A stretch of DNA of 64,000 bases from Camelus dromedarius. Its lineage: Eukaryota. The stretch lies in contig NC_087437.1 of the NCBI RefSeq assembly GCF_036321535.1, forward strand, positions 78,556,001 to 78,620,000, in the 5' to 3' direction. The notes under the pieces were generated by a model. That model was not told the origin of the DNA. It ran no database searches and saw only the letters and a program-made list of their open reading frames with translations. This document shows, one piece after another, positions 1-13,125 of this stretch. A program made the position numbers and the translations under genes. Numbering within the stretch: position 1 is the stretch's first letter; the number at the start of each line of letters is the position of its first letter.

Positions 1-984
1 CAAACAGAATCCAACAGCACATGAAAAAAGATCATACACCATGATAAAGTTAGATTCATTCCGGAGACACAAGGATCATTCAATATACGCAAATCAAGCA
101 ATGTGATACACCACATCAACCAAAGAAAGGACAAAAATCACATGATCATCTCAATAGATGCAGAAAAAGCATTTGATAAAACTCAACACCCATTTATGAT
201 AAAAATTCTTACTGAAGTGGATATAGAGGGAACATATTTCAACATAAAAAAAGCTATTTATGACAAACTCACAGCCAGCATAATACTCAATGGTGAAAAA
301 CTGAAAGCCTTTCCACTAAAATCTGGAACAAGAAAAGGATGCCCACTCTCACCAGTTCTATTCACCATAGTCTTGGAAGTCCTAGTCACAGCAATCAGGC
401 AAGAAAAAGAGATAAAAGGGATCCAAATTAGAAGAGAAGAAGTAAAATTGTCACTATATGAGGATGACATGATACTACATATAGAAAACTCTAAAAGCTC
501 CACACAAAAACTACTAGAGCTGATAAAAGAATTCAGCAAGGTCACAGGATACAAGATTAACGTACAGAAATCAATTGTATTTCTTTACACTAACAATGAA
601 ATAACAGGAAAAGAAAGTAAAAAAAAAAAAAACTCTTTTAAAATTGCATCCAAAACAATAAAATATTTTGGAATAAATCTGATCAATGAGGTGAAAGCTT
701 TATATATGGAGAACTATAAACCATTGATAAAGGAAATTAAAGATGACTTAAAAAATGGAAAGATACCCCATGCTCTTGGGTTGGAAGAATCAATATTGTT
801 AAAGTGGCCATACTGCCCCAAACAATCTACAGATTTAATGCAATCCCTATCAAATTAGCTATAACATTTTTCACAGAACTGGAACAAATAATCCTAAAAT
901 TTATATGGAATCACACAAGATCTATTATTGAAGAAAAAGAATGAAGCTGGAGGAATAACCCTTTCAGACTTCAGACAATACTAC
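1..984 (+). mobile_element. LINE-1 ORF2 fragment (RT region), runs off the window start, 3'-truncated
   Basis: ORF 103-858 has L1 RT motifs ([27 protein letters not shown]). It frameshifts near the end, and L1 similarity stops abruptly near 984 with no 3' UTR. Confidence 0.95.
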
Positions 985-2009
985 CTACTTTAAATCAGCA
1001 TAAAATAGTCAGAATTCATTCATTCTTAACTTTACAAAATGGGACTAAAATATATTTTAGTAAAATTTTAAATACTCAAGGCATGTCCTAAACTATACTT
1101 TTAAATTTTAGGTATTTGGATTCATAATATTACTCAATATTCAATTTAACATTCTTCATGTATTAGGTATTAATTTAAATATTAAAAGTCTTTCATATTT
1201 TCTATACACATTAGATATAATCTGAGAATTTTAAGGGAAATTTTCATGAGATATGTATCATATATTTACAGTGACATTCTTTTTTATTAAGAGAACCCTT
1301 AAATTTACCCCAAAACTAAAAGAAAGTTACAAAACTTGCCTGAGTAACCAAAAGAAATTTTATGAAGTCTAAGCTTTAAAATTTCATGCCCTTTCTTCAT
1401 TGAAGGGCCCTCAAGACCTCACTCAAGGACTATTAACTTTAATTATATAGACATCTAATAAACTTGATTATCGGCATTACCTTCCCTGAGCAGATATAAC
1501 CATTTTAAGGGACTGTAAAAAGCGAGTTCAAGAACTTGAAAAGTGTAAGAGTCTCTATATAGTGTAAAGCACTATATCTGTTCCATGTACCTAAACCTTC
1601 CATTTGAAGGTTTTTAGAAAAAATATTTATGCCAATCTTCTGTGGAGATACCAACCAAGGAATATAATGAAATGATCAGTGTGAAATGACAGTTGTCTGT
1701 GTCAATTCTCCAAATGGATTCATTAATATTTTATTTTTTCAGTCCAAACTACTTGATAAAATTTTTCTATTTAGATTTTTAAAAGACAAAAGAAAAATTG
1801 GTTTTAATAAACAGGAAACATTATATATATTTTTAAGAAGATTGTTTGATACTTTTCCTTCATGTATTACAAATATCATTGGTTCAGTCAGAATATATTG
1901 GGACTTTGTGTCTAATACTTTTCTTACAGTTACACTGATTTCAGCTTATATTTTATTTTTTAACTCAGTTATTTTTATTTGAATAATTTTTCATTTATTA
2001 TTTCTTCAA

Positions 2010-2680
2010 TCACTTATTTAGTATATATTTATTGAGTATTAAATATGTGTTATAGTCTAAGTTAATTTTGGGAAAATATTAGAAATAAGACAGATAGGTA
2101 TGGCCTAGTATTGTGATTTTACTCTCTAGAGACAAATACAGGTAAGGTAACCAGAAATTGCAACCTGATAGGGTAGGGCAAATTACTGAAGAGTTTTCAG
2201 GAAGGATATTATGTAATTCACTTTCGTGATATATAAAGATCAACATACATTGCAACATGAAAAATGAATTAAGGGGAGCTAATGGGAAATTAGTGAGACC
2301 AGTTAAAAAAAATCAGAATAAGCATAAAAGATAGGCTCATATGTATGATAAATAATGTCAGTTGGACTAGATGATGAATTGGATGTGAGATGAGAGAAAG
2401 AGGGAAGAATTGGAGAAGATTCTCAAATTTCTGATTTGATGGTATCATTCATGCTATAAGGAATATGGAGCTAGGAACAAGAGGATATAAACGAGTAAAC
2501 TTCAAGAAATACTGAGTTTGAGGTGCCAATGAGACATTTTTAATTGGGATATTTGAGTTAGATATAAAGGACTAAACATTCTAGAAGTTATCTTTGAGAA
2601 TAGAAATTTTGCTATGAAGGAATATATGGTGGTGAGTTAGTTTATACACAGACATTAGAGAAAGAAGAAAAATGGGTTTA
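2010..2680 (-). mobile_element. degraded L2 fragment
   Basis: Starts with the antisense L2 tail signature ATTTATTGAGTATT...TATGTG, followed by purine-rich L2-like sequence. Confidence 0.55.
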
Positions 2681-2869
2681 TGTTATTTTTTAAAGTACCT
2701 ATTATTTAAAAAATGATTTACTTAATATGACAATGCAAACAATTTCACAATGTTCATAGGTTTTTATTATACTTAACTGGGTTTCCATACTCTTCTGAAT
2801 GTTATAAGAACTATCTGGAAATATGTTGAAATACTTGGTTTGAATAAATCCCAGGAACCATATGCCTTT

Positions 2870-3716
2870 ACTATATTTCATATCTGTATCACTCTTCCTG
2901 AATTCCAGTCCAATGGATGACATTTTCTACTTGAATCTCCAATGTCATAGTGAACTTGCTATTTCCAAATTTGAACTCACCAACATATCTCCCCACTCTG
3001 TTCCTTCTAGTAACTTCTTATATTTTCCCAGTCTCTATCAACATTTTCCAGGGCATCTTTGTTCACAGTTTTAGAGCCATGCCCATGTTCCGGTTTCTTT
3101 GTTTGTTTGTTTTTGGTTTCTGTCCTCTAATTCTGATCAGTCATTATGGCTGTAAAGAAGTTTGGGGAAGTATTTTTAATCTTTGGTACATCTGCCTTCA
3201 TTGTAGTTTTAGGTACTCAAACCTGGCAATTTTTAAACAAAATTATATCAGCTTCAGAGCTGCTTACTCAAATGGTAATTACTCATCTTTTTGACACTCT
3301 GATACCATATTATCCTACTTCTTTCACTAAGGGAATTTTCTACTCAAAAACCTCCAATGTCTCCTTTATTTTTTCTATCATGTTTGAAGTTATCCATGTG
3401 GTCTTTGGGGTTCTTCATAGTCTAATCACACTCTAACAAATGATTGTATTTTCTCCCTCTCTTAAAATGTGCAAGTTTATGGAAGTTTTCCCAACTTTAC
3501 ACACATTTCTTCTAACTTCTAAGTTGCCGTCTTCCCTGAACTGCATCTTTTCTACTTCAGTTCTAATACAATTCATTCATCAAGACTTAATTCACATTCA
3601 AAGTTTTCTATAACCTTCTCTAATCACTGTACCCCATTACTTTTCCTTTCCTATTCTGAACTTCTACAGAACCAATGACTACCACATATGCCACTACCTT
3701 TAAAGCTCTTCATTTT
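2870..3716 (+). mobile_element. degraded L2 fragments; 3' end interrupted by the full-length L1
   Basis: Pyrimidine-rich L2-like text at 2870-3050 and 3480-3716. The sequence after the L1 (CTCCTTGAGGCAGGAACATGTCTT) resembles the L2 3' end. Confidence 0.5.
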
Positions 3717-3730
3717 AAAATTCAGGATTC

Positions 3731-4925
3731 ATTGGAAGGGGCCAAGATGGCAGAGTAGAAGGATGCTGGTAGCTTATCCTCTCCCACAAATACACCAAAA
3801 CTCACATCCACAGACCCACCCAGCCAACCAGAGCACCTGCTGAACCCCAACAGAACACTGCCCTCTTCAAAAGACAAAGATGCCACGAATCTGGTAGAAG
3901 AAAAGGAAAAAAGAAAGAAGAAAAAGCAAAACAGTGCAGGACCGCTCCTGGAGGGAGGGAGCACAAAGGAGGACAAGTGCTCGTTCGTTGAACCTCCCCT
4001 TCTCCAACGGAGAGGCCAGCGGGACGGAGGGGAAGCCTCCGAGGCTCAGACCTGCCCGGAGCACTCCTTGACTGACAGAACCAAGCTGAACATGCACAAA
4101 GGGTCCCTGTGACACCCAGCCCAAGATGCGAGCCAGCAGCTGGGGGACGGAAAAAGTGGCCCAAGCCGGGCAGAGGACTGGGGCAGGGGCACTGACACAG
4201 CCCCAGGGGACTGCAGGGTGCTGCATGCAGTGGCTGGGAGGGGATACAGAGTAGAACAACCTGGGCCACCATAAATTAAGGGGAAAAAAAAGCAAAGCAA
4301 CACTGACGGTGTGCCCTGGCGTGAGGGGCGCCGTAGCCTTTGTCTCCTCAGACCCGAGGCTAATGGTGCCTTTCAGGAGAAGAGAGGCAGGGGGCAGCCA
4401 CAGCCACCCTATCCTCCAGTGCGCAGCACCTGGGCAAGGGCAGGGCCGAGACCTGAATCCACTCTTGGGGGCTCCGCAAGCTGCTAGGCAGGACTGAGAT
4501 TTGTCTACAGCCTGAGGCAGATAAGAGCTTTCTACCCTGGTACCTCAGAGAACTCGCGCCTCCAAGACAAATAAGGAGCTGAGTTTTGGCGTGGAGCAGG
4601 CTGTTCCGTGGTCTTCCCTGAGCCCACCTATGGAGCACGGACCCGAGGCAGAGTGGGCAGCTGCACAGAGGAGTGGAGCAACTGGCACTGGGAAAGGGCT
4701 GGTGGCACCGGGAGAGGGGGAGTGACCCAGCTGCCCACGATGAAAGAGCCCAACACCTGACCCAGTGTTGGGAGTGGGCGCGATCTGCCTGCCAACTGGC
4801 ACTGGGAACAGCACAGATGTGGGGCGCCAACAGAGGACCTCTGGAAGCAGCAAGCTGAGTTCGCAAAACAGGGCGAAGACAGACTTCTCGATAAAATCAT
4901 TAAGAGTGCACAGTCTCCAGGAGAA
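3731..4925 (+). promoter_or_regulatory. L1 5' UTR internal promoter, with YY1-type CAAGATGGC at 3743-3751
   Basis: The most GC/CpG-rich stretch in the window. CAAGATGGC near the 5' end is the known L1 YY1 site. Confidence 0.75.
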
Positions 4926-5620
4926 CACATCTCATTTTTTTTTTAAATCTTTATTTATCTGTTCTATTTTCTATTAACTTTTAAAATTTTACTTTTTAAA
5001 CAACTGTATATGTCTACAGTTTTAATCCCTTTAAAATTTTTCTTTTAAAATATTTTTATTATTATTTTAAAAAATCCACCTCACATTTTTATTTCTTTTA
5101 GTTTTGATCTACTATTATTGATTATACACAGGTTTCAAATTTTTTTTTATTTTTTTCTCCTTTTCTTAAGGTTTTTAAAGACGTCTCAACTCGATTGCTA
5201 TTCTGCATCAACTTGCTCTTCTATTATTGATTATATACTGTTTTCAAATCTTTTTTCCCTTCTTTTAAATTCTCTTGTTTTATCTTTTTTAAAAAATCTG
5301 TTCTACTTTCTATTACCTTTTAAAATTTTACTTTTTAAACAATTATATATGTCTCCAGTTTTAATACCTTTAAAATTTTCTTTTAAAATATTTTTATTAT
5401 TATTATTTTTAAAAATCCACCTCATTACGTTTTTATTTCTCTTGGTTTTGATCTCCTCTTATTGATTATACACTGTTTCCAAACCTATTTTTTCTCCTTT
5501 TAAAATTCTCTCTCTCTCTTTTTTAAGTTTTATTCCAACATAGGCTTTAGATAGATAAATAAATTCCTTAAGGACCACAATAGATAACTGATACTCCATA
5601 AGCCACAGTGCCAGAGAGAT

Positions 5621-6507
5621 ATGAGCAATATGCAGAAGCAGAGGAACCACTCCCAATTAAGAGTAAGAGAAATCCCCTGAAAGAATGATCAATGAAATAG
5701 ACGTTGATGGCCTATTAGATCAAGATTTCAAAAAAGGAGTGATCAAAGTACTGAAGGAACTAAAAGAGATAGTGTTCAGAGTTATAAAATATGTCAAAAA
5801 TGGAACTGAAGCTATAAAGAAGAGCCAAGTATAACTGGTAAACTCATTGGCTGAAATGAGAGCTGATCTAAAGGCTGTACAAAGCAGGCTAGATAATGCA
5901 GAGGAACAAATAAGTGACCTAGAAGACAGGACAACAGAAAGCACCCAATCAGAACAGCTGAGAGAAAAACAAATAAAAAACAATGAAAACCATATAAGGG
6001 GCCTATAAGGGAAAATATAAAGCATGCCAATCTACTCATAATAAGGGTTCCAGAAGGGGAAGAAATAACAAAGGGGAATAAATGATGACTGAAAAATTCC
6101 CAAACCTAAAGAAGGAATCAGATATCCAAGTACAGGAGGCTCAGAGGGTCCCAAACAGGAAGAACCCGAACAGACCCACACCAAGACATATCATAATCAA
6201 GATGGCCAGAGTCAAGGATAAAGAAATAATCCTAAAGGCAGCAAGACAAAAGTAAAGAGTGAGTTACAAGGGAACCCCCATAAGGCTCTCAGCTGACTTC
6301 TCTACACAAACACTACAGGCCAGAAGGGAGTGGCAAGATATAGTCAAAGTCCTGAATGAAAAAAAGGTGCAGTCTAGGATACTCTATCCAGCAAGGCTAT
6401 TCTTTAGAATTGAAGGAGAGATAAAGAACTTCACAGACAAGCAAAAACTGAGAGAGTTTAGCAACACTAAACCCATGCTAAAAGAAATATTGACAGGTCT
6501 ACTCTAA
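5621..6507 (+). pseudogene. L1 ORF1p, disrupted
   Basis: ATG at 5621, coiled-coil-like region, and C-terminal YKGTPIRLSADFSTQTLQARREW...RILYPARL. Contains frameshifts and a premature TAA at ~6253. Confidence 0.9.
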
Positions 6508-6909
6508 ATAGAAAAGAAGCAGGATGCTACAGAAATGAGAAACTCATAACTGGAAAGGTGATAACTATCATGAATTACAAATAGGATAAACACAAAACTA
6601 TAAAAGAAGACATCTAAATCATTAAGAGTGGGAGAGGGAAGCAAGAAAAAATAGAGTATTTTTCTTTTTTAAATATTTTGTTCTCAGTAGGATGGGTTTG
6701 AGCTTATATTACTGTATCTTTAATACAAACAGTTATAGTAATGGGTTAATAGACTTACAAAAAAGGATAACCACAAGCCAAAAACTTACAGGTGAGTCAC
6801 AAAAACTAAATAAAATCCAAGATAATACAAAGGAAAATTACCAAACCACAAAAGGAAGAAGAAAGGAACAAAGAGGACACACCAAAGCAACCGCAAAAAT
6901 AAGTTCAAA

Positions 6910-9900
6910 ATGGCAATAAACACTCATCTATCATTAATTACTGTAAAAGTTAATGGACTAAATGCTCCAGTCAAAAGACTTAGAGTGGCAGACTGGATAA
7001 TAAAACAAGAACCTTCAATATGCTGCATACAAGGGACCCATTTTAGGGAAAAGGACACATATAGATTAAGAGTGAAAGGATAGAAAAGGATATTCCATGC
7101 AAATGGAAAAGCCAGAAATGCAGGTGTATCATTACTGATTTCAGACAAAATAGACTTTATAAGAAAACGCCATAAAGAAAGATAAAGAAGGACATTTTAT
7201 GATGATTGAAGGAGTAATACAAGATGAGGATATTACACTCGTTAATATATATGCATCCAATAAAGGAGCACCTAAGTACATAAAACAATTACTAATAGAG
7301 ATAAACAGGGAAATTGATGGGAATACAATCATTGTCGGAGAGTTTAACACTGCATTAACATCACTAGACAAATCTTCCAGACAGAAAATAAATAAGGCAA
7401 CAGAGAAATTAAATGATACAATAGAAAAATTAGAGTTGGTGGATATTTTCAGAGCATTACATCCCCCCAAAATAGGATATACATTCTTTTCAAGTGCACA
7501 TGGAACATTTTCTAGGATTGATCATATACTTGGGCACAAAAGAAGCCTCAACAATTTTAAGAAGATAGAAATTATCTCAAGCATCTTTACTGATCACAAT
7601 GCCACGAAACTGGAAATCAAGTACAGAGAAACAAAGGAGAAAAAATGGAAAGCATGGAGATTAAACAATATGATATCAAAAAAAACAATGGGTCAATGAT
7701 GAAATCAAAGTTGAAATTAAAAAATACCTTAAGACAAACGAAAATGAAAACACAACCACACAAAATGTATGGGACACAGGAAAGGCAGGGCTAAGAGGGA
7801 AGTTTATAGCGATACAGGCCTTCCTTAAAAAAGAAGAACAATCTCAAATAAACAATCTAACCCATCAGCTAAAAGAATTAGAAAAAGAAGAGCAAAAATC
7901 TCAAAAGTCAGCAGAAGGAAGGAAATAATAAAGATCAGGGAGGAAATAAATAAAATAGAGATTTAAAAAAATAGAAAAAAATCAATCAAACCAAAAGCTG
8001 GTTTTTTGAAAGAGTAAATAAAATCAACAAACCTCTGGCCAAACTCACAAAGAAGAAAAAACAGAGAGCACAAGTTAGCCTAATAAGAAAGGAAACTGGA
8101 GAAATTGCAACAAATAACATAGAAATACAGAATATCATATGAGAATATTATGAAAAACTATATGGACCCAAAATGGATAACCTAGAGGAGATGGACAAGT
8201 TTCTGGAAACATACAGTCCACCAAGACTGAACCAAGGAGAAACTGACCACTTGAACAAACCAATCACTAGAAATGAAATCTAATTAGCAATAAAAAACCT
8301 TCCTACAAATAAAAGTCCAGGATTGGATGGCTTCACCAGGGAATTCTACCAAACATACAAAGAAGAACTCATACCAGTCCTTCTCAAACTCTTCCAGAAG
8401 ATTGAAAAGGAGGGAATACTCCCAAACTCATTCTATGAAGCTGCCATCACCCTGATACCAAAACCAGGCAAAGACACTACCAAAAAAGAGAATTATAGGC
8501 CAGTATCACTGATGAACATAGATGTAAAAGTCCTCACCAAAATATTAGCAAATAGAATCCAACAGCACATAAAAAACATTATACATCATGACCAAGTGGG
8601 GTTCATCCCAGGCACACAAGGGTGTTTTAACATACACAAATCAATCAATGTAATACATCACATCAACAAGAGAAAGGACGAAAACCATGTGATCATCTCA
8701 ATAGATGCAGAAAAAGCATTTGATAAAATTCAACACCCATTTATGATAAAAATTCTCACCAAAGTGGGTACAGAGGGAACATATCTCAACATAATAAAAG
8801 CTATATATGACAAACCTATCGCCAGCATAGTACTTAAAAATGAAAAACTCAAAAGCTTCCCTCTAAAATCTGGGACAAGACAAGGATGCCCACTATCACC
8901 ACTCCTATTCAACATAGTCTTGGAAGTCCTAGCCACAGCAATCAGGCAAGAGAGAGAAATAAAAGGGACCCAAATTGGAAAAGAAGAGGTAAAAGTGTCA
9001 CTATATGCTGACAACATGTTACAATACATAGAAAACCCTAAAAGGCCCACATAAAAACTACTAGAGCTGATTGAAGAATTCAGCAAGGTAGCAGGATACA
9101 AGATTAACGTTCAAAAATCAGTTGCATTTCTTTACACTAACGATGAATCAACAGAAGAAGAAAGTAAAGAAACAATCCCCTTTAAAATAGCACCCAAAGT
9201 AATAAAATACCTAGGAATACATCTAACCAAGGAGGTGAAAGAATTATACACAGAAAATTATAAACCATTGATGAAGGAAATTAAAGAAGACTTTAAAAAA
9301 TGGAAAGACATCCCATGCTCTTGGATTGGAAGAATCAATATTGTTAAAATGGTCACACTGCCCAAGGCAATCTACAGATTTAATGCAATCCCTATCAAAT
9401 TACCCAGGACATATTTCACAGAACTAGAACAAATCATAATAAAATTTATGTGGAACCATCAAAGACCTAGAATTGCCAAAGCATTACTGAAGAGAAAGAA
9501 AGAGGCTGGAGGAATAACTCTCCCAGACTTCAGACAATACTATAGAGCTACAGTAATCAAAACAGCATGGTGTTGGTACAAAAACAGACATATAGACCAA
9601 TGGAACAGAATAGAGAGCCCAGAAATGAACCCACAAACTTTTGGTCAACTAATCTTCGACAAAGGAGGCAAGAACATACAATGGAATAAAGACAGTCTTG
9701 TCAGCAAATGGTGTTGGGAAAACTGGACAGCAGCATGTGAAGCATTGAAGCTAGAATACTCCCTTACACCATACACAAAAATCAACTCAAAATGGATCAA
9801 AGACTTAAACATAAGACAAGATACAATAAACCTCATTGAAGAAAATATAGGCAAAACATTATCTGACATATATCTCAAAAATGTTCTCCTAGAACAGTCT

Positions 9901-10725
9901 ACCCAGGCAATAGAAATAAAAGCAATAATAAACAAATGGGACCTAATTAAACTTACAAGCTTCTGCACAGCAAAGGAAACCATAAGTAAAACAAAACGAC
10001 AACCTACGGAATGAGAGAAAATTTTTGCAAATGAAACCTACAAAGGCTTCATCTCCAGAATATATAAGCAGCTCATATGACTTAATCAGAAAAAAACAAA
10101 CAACCCAATCCAAAAATGGGCAGAAGACCTAAACAAGCAATTCTCCAAGGAAGAAATACAAATGATAAATAGGCACATGAAAAATGCTCAATATCACTAG
10201 TTATCAGAGAAATGCAGATCAAAACTACAATGAGGTATCACCTCAGACCAGTCAGAATGGCCATCATTCACAAGTCCACAAATGACAAATCCTGGAGAGG
10301 CTGTGGAGAAAAGGGAACCCTCCTACACTGCTGGTGGGAATGCAGTTTGGTACAGCCACTGTGGAATACAGTATGGGGATTCCTCAAAAGACTAGGAATA
10401 GACTTACCATATGACCCAGGAATCCTGCTCCTGGGCATATATCCAGAAGGAACCCTACTTCAAAATGACACCTGCACCCCAATGTTCATAGCAGCACTGT
10501 TTACAATAGCCAAGACATGGAAACAGCCTAAATGTCCATCAACAGATGACTGGATAAAGAAGAAGTGGTATATTTATACAATGGAATACTATTCAGCCAT
10601 AAAATACCGACAACATTATGCCATATGCAGCAACATGGATGTTCCTGGAGAATGTCATTCTAAGTGAAGTAAGCCAGAAAGAGAAAGAAAAATACCATAT
10701 GAGATCGCTCATATGTTGAATCTAA
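6910..10725 (+). pseudogene. L1 ORF2p (endonuclease/reverse transcriptase), disrupted
   Basis: Begins MAINTHLSLITVKVNGLN; has RIDHILGH, RT motifs and the C-terminal HCWWEC. Stops (e.g. TAG at 7081) and frameshifts are present; EN QETH reads QGTH and RT ADD reads ADN. Confidence 0.95.
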
Positions 10726-11109
10726 AAAAGAACATAAATACAAAACAGAAACAGACTCATAGATATAGAATACAAACTTGTGGTTGCCAAGGTGGAGGCG
10801 GGTGGGAAGGGATAGACTGGGAGTTCAAAATTTGTAAATACTGACAGGTACATGTAGAATAGATAAACAAGATTATACTGTACAGCACGGGGAAATATAT
10901 ACAAGATCTTGTGGTAGCTCACAGCAAAAAAAAAAAAAAAGTGACAATGAATATATTATGTTCATGTATAACTGAAAAATTGTGCTCTACAGTGGAATTT
11001 GACACAACATTGTAAAGTGACTATAACTCAATAAAAATGTTTAAAATAAATAAATAAAATAAAATAAAATTCAGGACTCCTTGAGGCAGGAACATGTCTT
11101 ATGTAAAGA

Positions 11110-11375
11110 TAATAATAACAGTGATAGTAAAAATAACAATAGCAATCATACAACATTGAGCATTTATTATGTTCTACTTAACACATATTTTCTATTTCAG
11201 GTCTTACAAAACTCAGTGAAGTAGATGTTATAATTATTATTCCCATTTTGTAGCTAAATAAATGAGACATGGAGAAGTTTAGTAATGTTTACAAGAGAAT
11301 ACATCTATTGAATGGCAGAGGCTACATTTAAACACAAGATTTGTCTGACTTCCGTGCCTATGTTCTAAACTATGA
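11110..11375 (-). mobile_element. MIR SINE
   Basis: Antisense MIR core ATTATTCCCATTTTGTAG...TGAGACATGGAGAAGTTTAGTAA. Confidence 0.75.
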
Positions 11376-12309
11376 CCTTACGTTACTTTCTTCTTATCTC
11401 CCATGTATAGAGCACGGATCTCAAAAAAAAGGTTAGTCTCAAAATACTTTTGACAAAATGAATCAAAGATCTCAAAATATCTAATATTCAGTGATTTCCA
11501 AACAACTTTTATATCATTTAGACTACCTCTCACAGGTAAATGCCTTATAATCCCCGGGTTTTGCTACTAAATTTGTTTCCTCACATCCCTACCCTCCTCT
11601 TCAGCTGCATGGATAATTTTCCACTAGCCCAAATGCTTTGATAGTGAGGTTTCATTAAACCTGAAACCAGCAAAGCTAAAACATCTGAGTGCTCAGCAGT
11701 GACAGTGTCAGTAAGCAATTAATCTCCAACAGTTCACCTACCATGTATGAACTTCAGAGCTCAATTCAGCACCTCACATGACACTACGTCCTCATTCTCT
11801 CCTAGAGGAGAAAGTCTATAATCCAAAAACGGAACATCAGGAAAATAGTATGAAATAAATGATGCAGATAAAAATAGTTTTTCATCTTTGGAGAAGTATG
11901 GTCCCTTTTTTTACGGAGAAAAATAATTCTGATCTTGGAACTTTTTTAATTGGTTAGCTTTCAGCTTGCCTCATTTTCACCCTCTGCAAAATAGGTTTAA
12001 TAGTTAATTGTGCATTACAGAAGGATATAGCAGGGCTTAATTAAAGCTTATAAAACATAGCAGGAGCTTCTGTAATTAACTTGTTACTCACCTTTGTGTT
12101 TTAGCTCTCCTCAAGGGGACCATGCCTTTTATCAGTTGTAATGTCAAAGAAAACCACAGAACACCACGTGACGTAATTGTGGAAAAGGATTTTATGCAGC
12201 CATAAATAAGTAGCAACATAAGGCAATGCTTGGCAAGATAAAATTCCAAGCATAGAAATGCTGCAAAAATATAACATCAGACTTTGTCACTGTGTCAGCT
12301 TTTACCCTT

Positions 12310-13125
12310 CCCTTGCCCTCCTAGAGCCTATTTCCAAGAGAATAGTGCCAGAGCAATCCTTTAAGAATATAAGACTTCCTACCAAAAACAAACAAACAAA
12401 CAAACCCAGAAAGAAAAGGGAGGTGATGGACAGTTAATTAACTTGATGGGAAAACCCTTTTCCAATATATGCATATATCAAATCTTTAAGTATCTTACAA
12501 CTTTATGTGTGAATTACATATCAATAAAGCTAAAAAAAAGATGACTGTATCTTCATTTAAGACTAATTAATGAAATTTTACTTCTCAAACTCCCAATAGA
12601 TTCCCATCTCACTGAGAGTAAAAGCCAAAGACCCTACAGGAAGTCACCTTCAGGGATGAGTATTCACTCATTTCTAACCACACTTGCCATTCTCTCCCAA
12701 ATCATACTGGCTTCCCTGCCAGGCAAGCATCCACCTTATGGAGTCTGCACTGGCTCTTTCCTAAGCCTCAAATGCTCTTTAGCCAGATCTATGAATGGCT
12801 CATTTTCCTGTCTCTCCTTCAGGTTTTTACACAAATGACCCCTTGACAACGAGGTCTTGTCTGCACATCTTATTAACAATTGTACCCCAGCCTTTGCATT
12901 TTCTAATGCTCCTTCCTGCTCAAGTTATTCCCTAGTCTTTATCACCATACGACAGACTATAGATTTCAATTGTTTGTTTATTGTCTTTTTCTCCCTCCTA
13001 GGTTCAAGCTCCAGCAGCATAGGGATATTGAGTCATTTTGTTTATCAATTTATTCCCAGTACCTAGAAAACTGCCTGTCACAAACTTGTTTACTGATGTA
13101 AATATTATTGAATGAATAAATGAAA
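12310..13125 (+). mobile_element. L2 3' fragment with a small old L1 3' end inserted (~12410-12540)
   Basis: L2 tail CCCAGTACCTAG...ATTGAATGAATAAATGAA. The insert ends with TCAATAAAGCTAAAAAAA. Confidence 0.7.

Larger units (their letters stand above)
3731..11065 (+). mobile_element. full-length LINE-1 (camelid-type), inactive
   Basis: GC-rich 5' UTR, ORF1, ~400-bp spacer, ORF2, 3' UTR, AATAAA at 11030 and (AAAAT)n tail. TSD is AAAATTCAGGATTC (3717-3730) / AAAATTCAGGACTC (11066-11079) at a TTTT/AAAA endonuclease site. Confidence 0.97.

Noticed and set aside
4360..4930. Overlapping 100-168 aa minus-strand ORFs
   Set aside because: They lie in the GC-rich L1 5' UTR, the longest starts at TTG, and they have no recognisable domain.
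8730..9983. Antisense ORFs over L1 ORF2
   Set aside because: These are typical shadow frames of L1.
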